A DNA stretch of 35,122 nucleotides, taken from Candidatus Methylomirabilota bacterium. Its GTDB lineage: Bacteria; Methylomirabilota; Methylomirabilia; Rokubacteriales; CSP1-6. The first letter of the stretch is position 1; each line of letters opens with the position of its first letter. The position numbers and the translations under genes were made by a program. Location: NCBI GenBank assembly GCA_046726415.1, contig JBKPAK010000233.1, positions 1-35,122 on the forward strand, read 5' to 3'. Below the pieces are notes generated by a model, which was given only the letters and a program-made list of their open reading frames with translations, made no database searches and was not told the DNA's origin. Shown here piece after piece: positions 25,258 through 34,893 of this stretch.

Positions 25258-26678
25258 GGCGCGATCGCCTCCCGCTCCAATTCGCGCCAGCGCTCGGAGA
25301 ACGTCCGTGGCGCCACGGCGGGAAGGTCGCGCGTGCGCGTCCACCGGCCGAGCACGAGGGGCAGGCGCCGGATCACGCGGCCCCGCGCAAACGGTCGCTG
25401 GAGCAGTCGGGCGAGCGGCGCGGCGAGCCGGTACAGAACTGGCCGCGCCAGTATCGCGGCGGAGGTCTGGAGGAGGACCCGCTCGGCCAACGGCGCGATC
25501 CGTCCCTCCACGACCTCACGGCGCAACTCGATGAGCATCCGCGGAATGTCGATCCGCACCGGACAGGCATCGGTGCAGGCGCCACACAGGGACGATGCAT
25601 GGGCGAGTTCCTGGACCGCGGGGGCTCCATGCTGCATGGCGGTCAGCAGGATGCCGATGGGTCCGGGATACGTGTAGCCGTAGGCATGACCGCCGATCTG
25701 GCGGTAGACCGGGCACACGTTCAGGCAGGCGCCACACCGGAGGCAGGCCAGGGACTCGCGAAGCGGGCCGCCGATCTGATCGATGCGGCCGTTGTCGAGC
25801 AGCACGAGGTGAAATTCCTCGGGGCCCTCCAGCTCGCCGGCCGGGCGCGGTCCCTGCACCAAGGTCGTGTAGGCGGAAAGCTTCTGACCAGTGGCGCTCT
25901 TGGCGAGGATGGCCAGGAAGACCACCAGATCGCTCATGGACGGGATGACCTTCTCCACGCCCATGACCGCGACGTGCACGCGGGGCAGCGTGGTGACCAT
26001 GCGCCCGTTGCCCTCGTTGGTTACCAGCACGATGGTGCCGGTGTCGGCCACCGCGAAGTTGGCGCCGGTGATCCCCACGTCCGCCTGCAGGAACTTTTCC
26101 CGCAGCTCGGCCCGAGCGACTCGGGTGAGCTCCTGGGGGTCGGCCGGTACGGCATGCCCCAGCTCGCGCGTGAAGAGCTCCGCCACCTGCCCTTTCGTCT
26201 TGTGGATGGCGGGGGCGATGATGTGGGACGGACGCTCGCCGGCGAGCTGGATGATGTACTCGCCGAGATCGGTCTCGACCGGAGTGATCCCGGCATCGAG
26301 CAGCGCCTCGTTCAGCTCGATCTCCTCGGTCGCCATCGACTTGGACTTCACCACCATCCGCGCGCCCGCGCGGCGGGCGATGTCGAGGACGATACCGCGC
26401 GCCTCGGCGGTCGTGGTGGCGTAGTGGACGTGACCTCCGCGCGCCTCGATGCGAGTGATCAGTTGCTCCAGGTACTGATCGAGGCGCTGGAGCGTCGCCT
26501 CCTTGATGGCCCGCGCCCGGTCGCGCAGGGCCTCGCCCTCGGGGAAGTCGGCGAAGGCCACGCGGCGCAGGCCGATGAACTTGGTGGTGGCGATGGCCAG
26601 GGCTTCTTGCAGGAAGGCGTCGTGGAGCGCCGCGCCAGCACGCTCCCGGAATGGGGTAGCCAGCTCCGCGTTGCTCAC
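25254..26678 (-). CDS. lutB: Lactate utilization Fe-S protein B (LutB/LldF)
   Basis: KSKSMATEEI, ETDLGEYI, PSHII.PAIH, TNEGNG, CLRCGACLNVCP, YPGPIG, SSLCGACTDACP. Confidence 0.95.
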   Translation of the reverse strand: MSNAELATPFRERAGAALHDAFLQEALAIATTKFIGLRRVAFADFPEGEALRDRARAIKEATLQRLDQYLEQLITRIEARGGHVHYATTTAEARGIVLDIARRAGARMVVKSKSMATEEIELNEALLDAGITPVETDLGEYIIQLAGERPSHIIAPAIHKTKGQVAELFTRELGHAVPADPQELTRVARAELREKFLQADVGITGANFAVADTGTIVLVTNEGNGRMVTTLPRVHVAVMGVEKVIPSMSDLVVFLAILAKSATGQKLSAYTTLVQGPRPAGELEGPEEFHLVLLDNGRIDQIGGPLRESLACLRCGACLNVCPVYRQIGGHAYGYTYPGPIGILLTAMQHGAPAVQELAHASSLCGACTDACPVRIDIPRMLIELRREVVEGRIAPLAERVLLQTSAAILARPVLYRLAAPLARLLQRPFARGRVIRRLPLVLGRWTRTRDLPAVAPRTFSERWRELEREAIAP

Positions 26679-27412
26679 GCCCGGAGCTCGTGATCCAGCA
26701 GCTCGGCCAGGTGCACCGCCCGCACCCGGGAGCCGCGGCGGCTGAGGCCGCCGCCGATCTGCATGAGGCAGCCGGCGTCACACGTCACCACGCACGCGGC
26801 GCCCGTCGCCTCGATGTTGGCCAGCTTCTTCTCGAGGATCGCGGTCGAGACCTCGGGCAGACGGACCGAGAAGGATCCGCCAAAGCCACAGCACTCGTCG
26901 CTGCCCGGAAGGTCCAAGAGCTCCACACCGCGCAGGCGGCTCAGGATCGTTCGCGGACTCTGGGCCTCGTGGAGACCGCGGAGCAGATGACACGAATCGT
27001 GATACGTGACCCGCCCGCGCACGGCGCTCGCGAAGTTGGTTTTCCCCAGGACGCGCACCAGGAACTGCGAGAGCTCATGGGTTCGCGCGGCCAGCTCCCG
27101 CGCCTGCGCCTTCGTCGTCTCGTCGGGCATGAGCCCGGGGTACTCGTGCTTGACCATCCAGGCACACGAGCCCGACGGGACCACGACGTGAGCGGCGTCC
27201 CGAAAGAGCACCGCGGTTCGGCGCGCCACGGCCGCCGCCTCCCGCTGATAGCCGGAGTTGAAGAGGGGTAGGCCACAGCAGGTCTGCCCGGCGGGGAAAT
27301 CCACGGCCACCCCGAGGCGGCGCAGCAGGCGCACGATGCGCACCCCCACTTCCGGGTACACCATATCCCCGAGACACGTCACCATGAGGGCCGCGCGCAC
27401 CGGCGACGTCAT
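26675..27412 (-). CDS. lutA: Lactate utilization protein A (CCG-domain Fe-S protein)
   Basis: VTCLGD, QTCCG.P..NSG, PSGSC, YHDSCH, CCGFGG.F, GCLMQI; ATG at 27412. Confidence 0.92.
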   Translation of the reverse strand: MTSPVRAALMVTCLGDMVYPEVGVRIVRLLRRLGVAVDFPAGQTCCGLPLFNSGYQREAAAVARRTAVLFRDAAHVVVPSGSCAWMVKHEYPGLMPDETTKAQARELAARTHELSQFLVRVLGKTNFASAVRGRVTYHDSCHLLRGLHEAQSPRTILSRLRGVELLDLPGSDECCGFGGSFSVRLPEVSTAILEKKLANIEATGAACVVTCDAGCLMQIGGGLSRRGSRVRAVHLAELLDHELRA

Positions 27413-27732
27413 GCGTGCGGTGGAGGCGGCGTGACGACGACGAGCAGAATGAGCGGATCGGCGCCGTCGTTCGCGACGCCATGGACGGCGCCGGCCTTGG
27501 CCACCACCGCCTCCCCTGGACCCACCGCCTCTTCGGTCCCCTCGACGTGGATTCGCCCCTGCCCCTCCAGCACGACGTAGATCTTGTCCTGATCCGCATG
27601 CGTGTGAGGCTGCTGGGCCTGGCCGGGCGCTAGGCAGTAGAGATCCACCAGCGCGTGCGGCGTGACGGCCAGGGCGATCTTGGCCATCTTGTCGGCGTGC
27701 AGCCTCACGTGATCGCGCAGCCGGATCTTCAC
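27409..27732 (-). CDS. Cupin domain protein
   Basis: PHTHADQDKIYVVLEGQG and AGAVHGVAN; GTG at 27732 coupled to the glcF stop. Confidence 0.88.
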   Translation of the reverse strand: MKIRLRDHVRLHADKMAKIALAVTPHALVDLYCLAPGQAQQPHTHADQDKIYVVLEGQGRIHVEGTEEAVGPGEAVVAKAGAVHGVANDGADPLILLVVVTPPPPHA

Positions 27733-29045
27733 CTCGGCGACCCGTCCTTTCTGCCCTCCATCGCCGCTGCGTCGACGGCGCGGGCGAGCAGCTCGACGGG
27801 ATGGCGCACCTCGAGATCCAGCCCCCGGAGCCTGGCGCTCCTGGCGATCTGCAACGCGCAACCGGGATTGCCCGCGGCAACCACGCGGGCGTTCGTCTCG
27901 AGGATCCGCTCCAGCTTCATCGCCGCTAGACGGTCGGCCATCGCCGGCTCGAGGAGGTTGTACACGCCCGCGCTTCCGCAGCAGAGATCGCTGTCCTTCA
28001 GCTCGACGAGCCGGAGCCCAGGGATGCGGCTAAGCATCGCGCGGGGCTCTCGTCGCACGCGCTGGCCATGAGCCAAGTGGCAGGCATCGTGGTAGGTCAC
28101 GGTCAAGGGCAGTGACCCGAGCGGCAGGTCGCATTCGACCAGCACCTCGCTCACGTCGCGGGTGCGCTCGGCCAGGCGCGCCGCCGCTGCCGATTCGGGG
28201 AGCCAGCGGCCGTACTCGCGCAAGGTCGACCCGCAGCCGGCGGCGTTGGTCACGACGGCGTCGAGATTCAGGTCGGCGCTCAACGCCGCCGTGAGGGCCC
28301 GGGCCCGCTCGCGGAACGCCTCGACCCGCCCCCCGTGGAGATCCAGGGCGCCGCAGCATCCCTGACGGACCGGCGCCACCACCTCGTACCCGGCCAGCGA
28401 CAAGAGCCGCACGGTGTCGGTGTTGACGTTCGGAAAGAGGTGGCGCTGGACGCATCCGGTGAGGAATCCGACGCGCCCGCGCCGCGGGCCGAGCGCCGGA
28501 GTGAACTCCGGGATCGGCGCCGCGCGGGGAATGTCGGGAAGGAGCGACTCGAGCAAGGTCAGCATTGGGGCAGCCCGCAGCACTCCACTGCGCTTGACGA
28601 GCGTCCGGAGCCGGGACCGCTGGTAGAGGCCCAGGGCGCGCAGGACGCGCCCGAGCCGATCGGGGCGTGGAAAGAGCGCGAAGATCAGGCGTTCCACCCA
28701 GGTGTCGCGCGGTGACGGCCGGCGCCGCCGCAGTTGGGCGCGCGTCGCTTCCAACAGCGACCCGAACGCCACGCCCGACGGGCATGCCGTCTCGCACGCC
28801 CGACAGCCGAGGCAGAGATCCATGTGCCGGGCAAACGTCTCGGTCAGCGCGGTCCGGCCCTCGGCGGCGGCGCGCATCAGATAGATTCGCCCCCGCGGCG
28901 AATCCATCTCCTCACCGAGCACGCGGTACGTCGGGCACTGCGGCAGACAAATGCCACAGTGCACGCATTTGCGCAGCTCGTCGAGACTCGGGGCTTCGCG
29001 ATCGGCGGCTATCAGAGCCCGCCCACGAAGCGGCCCGGCTGCCAT
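27729..29045 (-). CDS. glcF: Glycolate oxidase iron-sulfur subunit GlcF-like
   Basis: CVHCGICLPQCPTY, DSPRGRI, CLGCRACETACPSGV, two CCG domains. Confidence 0.9.
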   Translation of the reverse strand: MAAGPLRGRALIAADREAPSLDELRKCVHCGICLPQCPTYRVLGEEMDSPRGRIYLMRAAAEGRTALTETFARHMDLCLGCRACETACPSGVAFGSLLEATRAQLRRRRPSPRDTWVERLIFALFPRPDRLGRVLRALGLYQRSRLRTLVKRSGVLRAAPMLTLLESLLPDIPRAAPIPEFTPALGPRRGRVGFLTGCVQRHLFPNVNTDTVRLLSLAGYEVVAPVRQGCCGALDLHGGRVEAFRERARALTAALSADLNLDAVVTNAAGCGSTLREYGRWLPESAAAARLAERTRDVSEVLVECDLPLGSLPLTVTYHDACHLAHGQRVRREPRAMLSRIPGLRLVELKDSDLCCGSAGVYNLLEPAMADRLAAMKLERILETNARVVAAGNPGCALQIARSARLRGLDLEVRHPVELLARAVDAAAMEGRKDGSPR

Positions 29046-29071
29046 CAGAGCCCGCCCACGAAGCGGCCCGG
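29011..29071. repeat. 28-bp direct repeat (33-bp period) at the glcE/glcF junction
   Basis: ATCAGAGCCCGCCCACGAAGCGGCCCGG at 29011-29038 and 29044-29071. Confidence 0.95.
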
Positions 29072-30355
29072 ATTCAGGATCCGATCGGGGTCGAACTGCT
29101 CTTTGATCGCTCGCATGAGCGCGAAGACCTCCGGCGTCATGGGCCCCCACGGATCCAGCGCACCGCGCAGCGCGGGCGACGCCGCCTCCACGACGACGCT
29201 ACCGCCCATCGGCGCGACGAGGTCGCGGAGCCGCGCCACCAGCGCCGCCCCGTCCGGTATGCTCACGCCGGTGACCTGGGCGCGAAGGACACCGAGAGGC
29301 GCGCAACCCGTGACCGCCACCTCGCTCGACGCCCCCATCGCAACCACCACTTGCTCGATCCCGCCGACGGTTTCGGCGAGGTGGCTCGCCAGGGTGGCCA
29401 CTCGCAGGGTGATCCCATCTGGACGAGCGGCGACAACCTGGCTGTGGCGCGGCCATACCTCCTGCTCAACGAGACGCCAGGCACCGCCGGCGAGGCGGGC
29501 CAGTTTCTCGATCTGTCTCTCCTGCGCCCGGACGGCAGCCTCGACGCTCCCGACCGAGACGGCGACCGACGCGGCACTGCCTGGCTCATCCCACGCGCCC
29601 CCGGCCCTCGCGTTGAGCCATTCGACACGGTTCGGCTGGAGAGCCGAGTCCACCAGTGCGGCCACGAACGTCTGGGCGGCCTCGCTGCTTCGAAAGGCGG
29701 CGAGGGAGGTCCGCTCACACGCCGGGGCGGGGTGCAGGCGTAACGTGAGCTCCGCGAGGACCGCGAGGGTCCCCAGAGAGCCGACCACCAGCTTGGGGAT
29801 GTCATAGCCGGTGACGGACTTGACGACCTTGGCCCCGCCCCAGGTGATGACACCGTCGGCTTGCACGAAGCGCACGCCGAGCAGGAGATCCCGCATCGTT
29901 CCGTAACGCGCCCGCAACGGCCCGCTGGCCCCGGTGGCGGCGATGCCACCCAAGGTGCGCATGGCGCCACCGGGCGGATCGAGCGGGAGGCACTGCCCAC
30001 GCGCCCTCAGACGCGACGCCAGTGCCTCGAGAGTGGTCCCCGCCGATACTGTCACCGTGAGGTCGTCGGGGTTGTATTCGAGGACGTCGTTCAGCCGCCC
30101 CAGATCCACGACCACGTCGGCGCGCCCCAGCGGATGGCCGAGCGCCATCGCGCTGCCGCTGCCGCGCGGCACGAGGCTCAGCCGCTCCTCGTGCGCGAGG
30201 GCCACGACCCCACTCAGTTCGCCGATCGAGGCGGGGGTCACCCACCAGCGAGGCCTCACCCCGTCGATCGGCGCGGCGCTCTCGCCGGGCCGGACGGCGC
30301 CGGTGCCCACGATGGCGCCGAAAGCTTGCTCCAGCCCGCGGGCGGAGATCGCCAT
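29045..30355 (-). CDS. glcE: Glycolate oxidase FAD-binding subunit GlcE-like
   Basis: LDPP, TLGG, GAKVVKSVTGYD..KL..GSLGTL, FDPDRILNPGR; ATG at 30355. Confidence 0.88.
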   Translation of the reverse strand: MAISARGLEQAFGAIVGTGAVRPGESAAPIDGVRPRWWVTPASIGELSGVVALAHEERLSLVPRGSGSAMALGHPLGRADVVVDLGRLNDVLEYNPDDLTVTVSAGTTLEALASRLRARGQCLPLDPPGGAMRTLGGIAATGASGPLRARYGTMRDLLLGVRFVQADGVITWGGAKVVKSVTGYDIPKLVVGSLGTLAVLAELTLRLHPAPACERTSLAAFRSSEAAQTFVAALVDSALQPNRVEWLNARAGGAWDEPGSAASVAVSVGSVEAAVRAQERQIEKLARLAGGAWRLVEQEVWPRHSQVVAARPDGITLRVATLASHLAETVGGIEQVVVAMGASSEVAVTGCAPLGVLRAQVTGVSIPDGAALVARLRDLVAPMGGSVVVEAASPALRGALDPWGPMTPEVFALMRAIKEQFDPDRILNPGRFVGGL

Positions 30356-30357
30356 CG

Positions 30358-31803
30358 TCAGATCCACGCGCCTGCCGGAAGCGACGGGCGCGCCGGGCGA
30401 AAGCCCTCGCCGCACGCCGGATGAGACGGCAGCAGTTTGTCGGGATTCATGATCCCGTCGGGGTCGAAGACACGGCGCAGGCGATACATGAAGTTGAGAT
30501 CGACGTCGGCGTACTGGAGGGGAAGATTCTTGGCCTTGTCGAGTCCGACGCCGTGCTCGCCCGTCACGCTGCCCCCAAGGGCGATGCAGGCCTGCAGCAG
30601 CTCTTCGTTGGCCTGCTTGGCCCGCGCGAGCTGATCCGGATCGCGGTCGTCGTAACAGATCAGCGGATGGAGGTTGCCGTCCCCGGCGTGAAAGACGTTG
30701 GCGAGTAGCACCTGGTGACGGGCCGCGATGGCGGCCATCTCGCGCATGATGAGGGGTAAGCGGGAGCGCGGCACCACGGCGTCCTGCAGCAGATACGTCG
30801 GGGCCAGGCGCCCCACGGCGCCGGCGGCTTCCTTGCGTCCCTTCCAGAGCAGCGCGCGCTCCGCATCGTCGCGGGCCACGCGAACGTTGAGGGCGCCGCG
30901 CTCGCCGCAGATCGCGGACGCCCGCTCGGTTTGCGCCTCGATCTCGGCCTGGGGACCGTCCAGTTCGATGAGGAGCACGGCGGCCGCCCCGTCGGGAAAG
31001 CCGGCGCCGGAGCCGGCGTTGATGGCGCGGATCATCACCTCGTCGATCATCTCCAGAGCGGCTGGGGTCATGCCGTCCGCAATAATGGCCGACACCGCCT
31101 CCGCGGCCGCCTCCATCGACGAGAACGACGCGAGGGCCGTCTTGACGGCCTCGGCCTCGTGGAGCAGCCGCACAATGATAGCGGTGACGAGGCCGAACGT
31201 TCCCTCGGCCCCGACGGCAACGCCAGTGAGATCGTACCCCGCGTGATCGAGCGTCTTGCCCCCTACCCACACAAGCTCACCCGCCCCCGTGACGATCTGG
31301 AGCCCCAGGACATGGTTGGTGGTAATGCCGTACTTGAGGCAGTGCGGCCCGCCCGCGTTGGTCGACACGTTGCCCCCGATCGAGGACACCATCTGGCTCG
31401 AGGGATCCGGCGCGAAGAAGTAGCCGCGGTCGCGCACGGCGAGCGTCAGCCAGAGATTGATGAGGCCGGGCTGGACGGTGGCACACCGGCTCGCGAGATC
31501 CACCTCGAGAATCTGGTTCATGCGGGTCATGGACACCATCACTCCCCCGCGTGGCGCCATGGCTCCGCCAATAAGTCCGGTACCAGAGCCGCGTGGCACG
31601 ACGGGAGTCGCCGTCCTCCGGCACGCGCGTACCACGTCGCGGACCTGCTGGGCGCTCGTGGGGAGGACGACGGCGTCGGGCGCGCCCTTGTAGAAGGTGT
31701 GCATGTCGCACTCGTAGACGAGGCGCCCTTCAGGGGAGACGACGAGACCGTCGCGTCCCACGATAGCCTCTAACTCGTCGAGAAGCGTACGGGTCAGCGG
31801 CAT
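30358..31803 (-). CDS. glcD: Glycolate oxidase subunit GlcD-like FAD-linked oxidase
   Basis: PRGSGTGL.GG, APDPSSQ, NAGGPHCLKYG, HAGDGNLHP, GEHGVG, FDP..IMNP. Confidence 0.92.
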   Translation of the reverse strand: MPLTRTLLDELEAIVGRDGLVVSPEGRLVYECDMHTFYKGAPDAVVLPTSAQQVRDVVRACRRTATPVVPRGSGTGLIGGAMAPRGGVMVSMTRMNQILEVDLASRCATVQPGLINLWLTLAVRDRGYFFAPDPSSQMVSSIGGNVSTNAGGPHCLKYGITTNHVLGLQIVTGAGELVWVGGKTLDHAGYDLTGVAVGAEGTFGLVTAIIVRLLHEAEAVKTALASFSSMEAAAEAVSAIIADGMTPAALEMIDEVMIRAINAGSGAGFPDGAAAVLLIELDGPQAEIEAQTERASAICGERGALNVRVARDDAERALLWKGRKEAAGAVGRLAPTYLLQDAVVPRSRLPLIMREMAAIAARHQVLLANVFHAGDGNLHPLICYDDRDPDQLARAKQANEELLQACIALGGSVTGEHGVGLDKAKNLPLQYADVDLNFMYRLRRVFDPDGIMNPDKLLPSHPACGEGFRPARPSLPAGAWI

Positions 31804-31811
31804 GGCTCACT

Positions 31812-31995
31812 CATGGGACACCCTGCCATGGCCTCCCATGCACCGACCCTCGCACCCCAGGAAGCCCGGGGCACTCGATTCTCCGGCGCCCTCCTAACAA
31901 CATGAGGGGGCCCCGAAATGGCCCCCCATGCCCCCCGCGCTCCGAGCGCCGCGGCCTGGCCGGGGCGCTCCTCGATTCCTCGACATGCTCCTAAC
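31812..31995. repeat. Two degenerate tandem copies of a ~90-bp REP/MITE-like element between korB and glcD
   Basis: Units 31812-31898 and 31901-31995 share CATG..., ATGGCC(T/C)CCCATGC, CCGGGGC, CTCGATTC and terminal CTCCTAAC. Confidence 0.65.
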
Positions 31996-33025
31996 CGATC
32001 TTCCAGGTATCTCCGGAGGTCAGGAGCTTGGCGATGTCGCCAGGGCCTCGCTCCGAGATCGCCCGCTGCTCCTGGTCGAGGATGATGTCCTCGTAGACGG
32101 GCCCCGCGATGTCCGCGATGACGCCCACGGGCACGGGAAAGTCCGGCGCGAAGAGATCGGCGAGCAGCTTGGCGGCGTTGATGTTCTGCTCGTCGTGGAT
32201 CCACAGGGCGCTTTCCGGCAGGTCCTTCGCCGGCAGCACCTTGGGGGTGACGCCGTCCATGATGACCGCCTTGCGCTCGGCGGGGGGGCCGAAGAGCAGC
32301 GGCTTGCCGTGCTCCAGCCGCAGCTCGTACTGAAGCTTCGACTCCTTTTCGTAGAGCACGTTCCAGGCCAGATCGTTGTAGACGTTGCAGTTCTGGAGGA
32401 TCTCCAGGAAGCCCGTGCCCTTGTGGGCGGCGGCGCGCCGCAGCGTTTGCTCCATGTGCGGGATGTTCCGGTCGACGGTTCTCGCCACGAACGTAGCGCC
32501 GCACCCGAGCGCGAACGACAGGGGGTTCACCGGTCGGTCGGCCGAACCCATCGGCGTCGACTTGGTGATCTTGCCCAGTTCGCTGGTGGGCGAATATTGA
32601 CCCTTGGTGAGCCCGTAGATCCGGTTGTTGAAGAGCAGGATCGTCACATCGACGTTGCGCCGCAGCACGTGGAGCATGTGGTTGCCGCCGATGGAAAGCC
32701 CATCGCCGTCACCCGTCACCACGAAGACCTTGAGGTCGGGACGCGCCACCTTGAGCCCCGTGGCGATGGCCGGGGCCCGTCCGTGGATGGTGTGAAACCC
32801 GTACGTGTTCATGTAGTACGGGAAGCGGCTCGAGCACCCGATGCCGGAGATGAAGACGATGTTCTCCCGAGGGATGCCGAGGTCGGGCATCGTCTTTTGG
32901 ATAGCGCTGAGGATGGCGTAGTCCCCACACCCCGGGCACCAGCGGACATCCTGATCGGATTCGAAATCCTTCTTCGTGTACTTCGGCGTCGGCGCCGCGG
33001 CGGCGTCCGCTCCGGCTGCGCTCAT
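31991..33025 (-). CDS. korB: 2-oxoacid:ferredoxin oxidoreductase beta subunit
   Basis: WCPGCGD, GIGCSSR, HGRA, GDGD, NNRIYGLTKGQ.SPT. Confidence 0.95.
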   Translation of the reverse strand: MSAAGADAAAAPTPKYTKKDFESDQDVRWCPGCGDYAILSAIQKTMPDLGIPRENIVFISGIGCSSRFPYYMNTYGFHTIHGRAPAIATGLKVARPDLKVFVVTGDGDGLSIGGNHMLHVLRRNVDVTILLFNNRIYGLTKGQYSPTSELGKITKSTPMGSADRPVNPLSFALGCGATFVARTVDRNIPHMEQTLRRAAAHKGTGFLEILQNCNVYNDLAWNVLYEKESKLQYELRLEHGKPLLFGPPAERKAVIMDGVTPKVLPAKDLPESALWIHDEQNINAAKLLADLFAPDFPVPVGVIADIAGPVYEDIILDQEQRAISERGPGDIAKLLTSGDTWKIG

Positions 33026-34893
33026 GAATGACTCCCCAGGAGTTGGTTGATGGCTTCGTCGATCTCGTCGCTCGCCAAGGGCAGGCCGCGGACGCGATTG
33101 AAGCCGACCGCGTCTACCAGGTATTCCGCCCGGAGTACGCGAACCAGTTGACCGCTGTTGATCTCCGGCACCAGGATCTTGCGGTACTCCCGCAGGATAT
33201 GCCCGAGGTCAGGGGGCAGCGGGTTGAGGTGGCGCAGATGGATGGAAGCCACCGACTTACCGGCCATCTGGGCCCGCTCCACTGCCGCGGTGATGGCCCC
33301 GAACGTGCCTCCCCAGCCAACCACCAACAGGTCTCCGGTGGCGGGCCCATTGATCGTCGTCGGCGGAATCTCCTGCGCCACGCGCCGGACCTTCTCGGCG
33401 CGCGTGCGCACCATGTGGTCGTGATTCTCGGGATCGTAGGAGATGTTCCCGGTGACGTCCTGCTTCTCGATGCCACCGATACGGTGCTCGAGACCGGGCG
33501 TGCCCGGGCGCACCCAGGGGCGAGCCATCGTCGCGGGATCGCGCAGGTACGGGAAGAAGCCCTCCTTCTCCGTCCTGAACTGGATCTCGATGGGTGGCAG
33601 CGTCTCCGGATCCGGGATGAGCCACGGCTCGGAGCCGTTGGCCAGGAAGCCGTCGCTGAGCACCATCACCGGCACCATGTATTTGGCGGCGAGGCGTACC
33701 GCTTCGTACGCGATGTAGAAGCAGTCCCCGGGTGAGGCAGGCGCCAACACGACGACTGGCGACTCGCTGTTCCGCCCGTAGAGCGCCTGCATGAGGTCGG
33801 CTTGCTCCGTCTTCGTGGGCAAGCCGGTCGAGGGGCCACCGCGCTGAATGTCGAAGATGACGAGGGGGAGCTCGGCCGTCACCGCCAGACCGATGGCTTC
33901 CCCTTTGAGCGCGATACCGGGACCGCTGGATCCGGTGACGCCGATGGCGCCGCCGAAGGAGGCGCCGATGGCCGCGGTCGCCGCGGCGATCTCGTCCTCC
34001 GCCTGAATCGTCCGGATGCGGAAGCGTTTGTGGAGGGCCAGCTCCTCCAGAATGCTGCTGGCGGGAGTGATCGGGTAGGCGCCGTAGACGATGGGGACCT
34101 TCGAGCGCTGGGCGGCCGCGAGCAGTCCCCAGGCCAGGGCGCGGTTGCCGATCATGGCCCGGTAGAGGCCGGGCGCCATCTCCGCGGCCTCGACGGCATA
34201 GTGCTCGGCGAAGATCTCGGCCGTTTCCCCGAAGGCGTGTCCCGCCTTCAACACGCGCGTGTTGGCCTCGGCGTACACCGCGTTTTTGGCGAAGCGCTTC
34301 CCGATCCATTCCAAGGTCGGCTCGAGGGGCCGCGTGTAGATCCACGACACCAGGCCCAGCGCGAAGAAGTTCTTCGTCCGATCCCTCTCCTTCGCGTTGA
34401 GCGCCAAGTCCTGGATGGCCTGATGGGTCAGGCCCGTCATGTCGATCTTGTGCAGCCGGTACCGCTCGGCCAAGGTCGCATCGTCCAGTGGGTTGGACGG
34501 GTAACCGGCCTTGATGAGGTTGCGATCGTCGAAGGATGCCGTGTTGACGATGAGCAGGCCGCCCGGCTTGAGGTCGCGAAGGTGCACCTTGAGGGCCGCC
34601 GGATTCATGGCCACCAGGCAATCCAGTCGATCGCCCGGTGTATAGACGCGCTGGCTGCCGAACTGGAGCTGAAAGCTCGAGACACCGAACAGCGTTCCCG
34701 CGGGAGCCCGGATCTCGGCGGGGAAGTTGGGGAGGGTGGCGATGTCGTTCCCCGCCCAGGCCGACTCCGTGGTGAACTGCTCGCCGGTGAGCTGCATCCC
34801 ATCGCCGGAATCCCCGGCAAAGCGGATCACTGCGCGATCCAGTTCTTTCCGCGTCTTCTGGGCGCCCGTGACGGGAGCCGCTATTTCAGTCAT
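33022..34893 (-). CDS. korA: 2-oxoacid:ferredoxin oxidoreductase alpha subunit (gamma-alpha fusion)
   Basis: AGDSGDG, PAEIRAPAG, YPITPAS, QAEDEIA, SGPG, QRGGPSTGLPTK. Confidence 0.95.
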   Translation of the reverse strand: MTEIAAPVTGAQKTRKELDRAVIRFAGDSGDGMQLTGEQFTTESAWAGNDIATLPNFPAEIRAPAGTLFGVSSFQLQFGSQRVYTPGDRLDCLVAMNPAALKVHLRDLKPGGLLIVNTASFDDRNLIKAGYPSNPLDDATLAERYRLHKIDMTGLTHQAIQDLALNAKERDRTKNFFALGLVSWIYTRPLEPTLEWIGKRFAKNAVYAEANTRVLKAGHAFGETAEIFAEHYAVEAAEMAPGLYRAMIGNRALAWGLLAAAQRSKVPIVYGAYPITPASSILEELALHKRFRIRTIQAEDEIAAATAAIGASFGGAIGVTGSSGPGIALKGEAIGLAVTAELPLVIFDIQRGGPSTGLPTKTEQADLMQALYGRNSESPVVVLAPASPGDCFYIAYEAVRLAAKYMVPVMVLSDGFLANGSEPWLIPDPETLPPIEIQFRTEKEGFFPYLRDPATMARPWVRPGTPGLEHRIGGIEKQDVTGNISYDPENHDHMVRTRAEKVRRVAQEIPPTTINGPATGDLLVVGWGGTFGAITAAVERAQMAGKSVASIHLRHLNPLPPDLGHILREYRKILVPEINSGQLVRVLRAEYLVDAVGFNRVRGLPLASDEIDEAINQLLGSHS

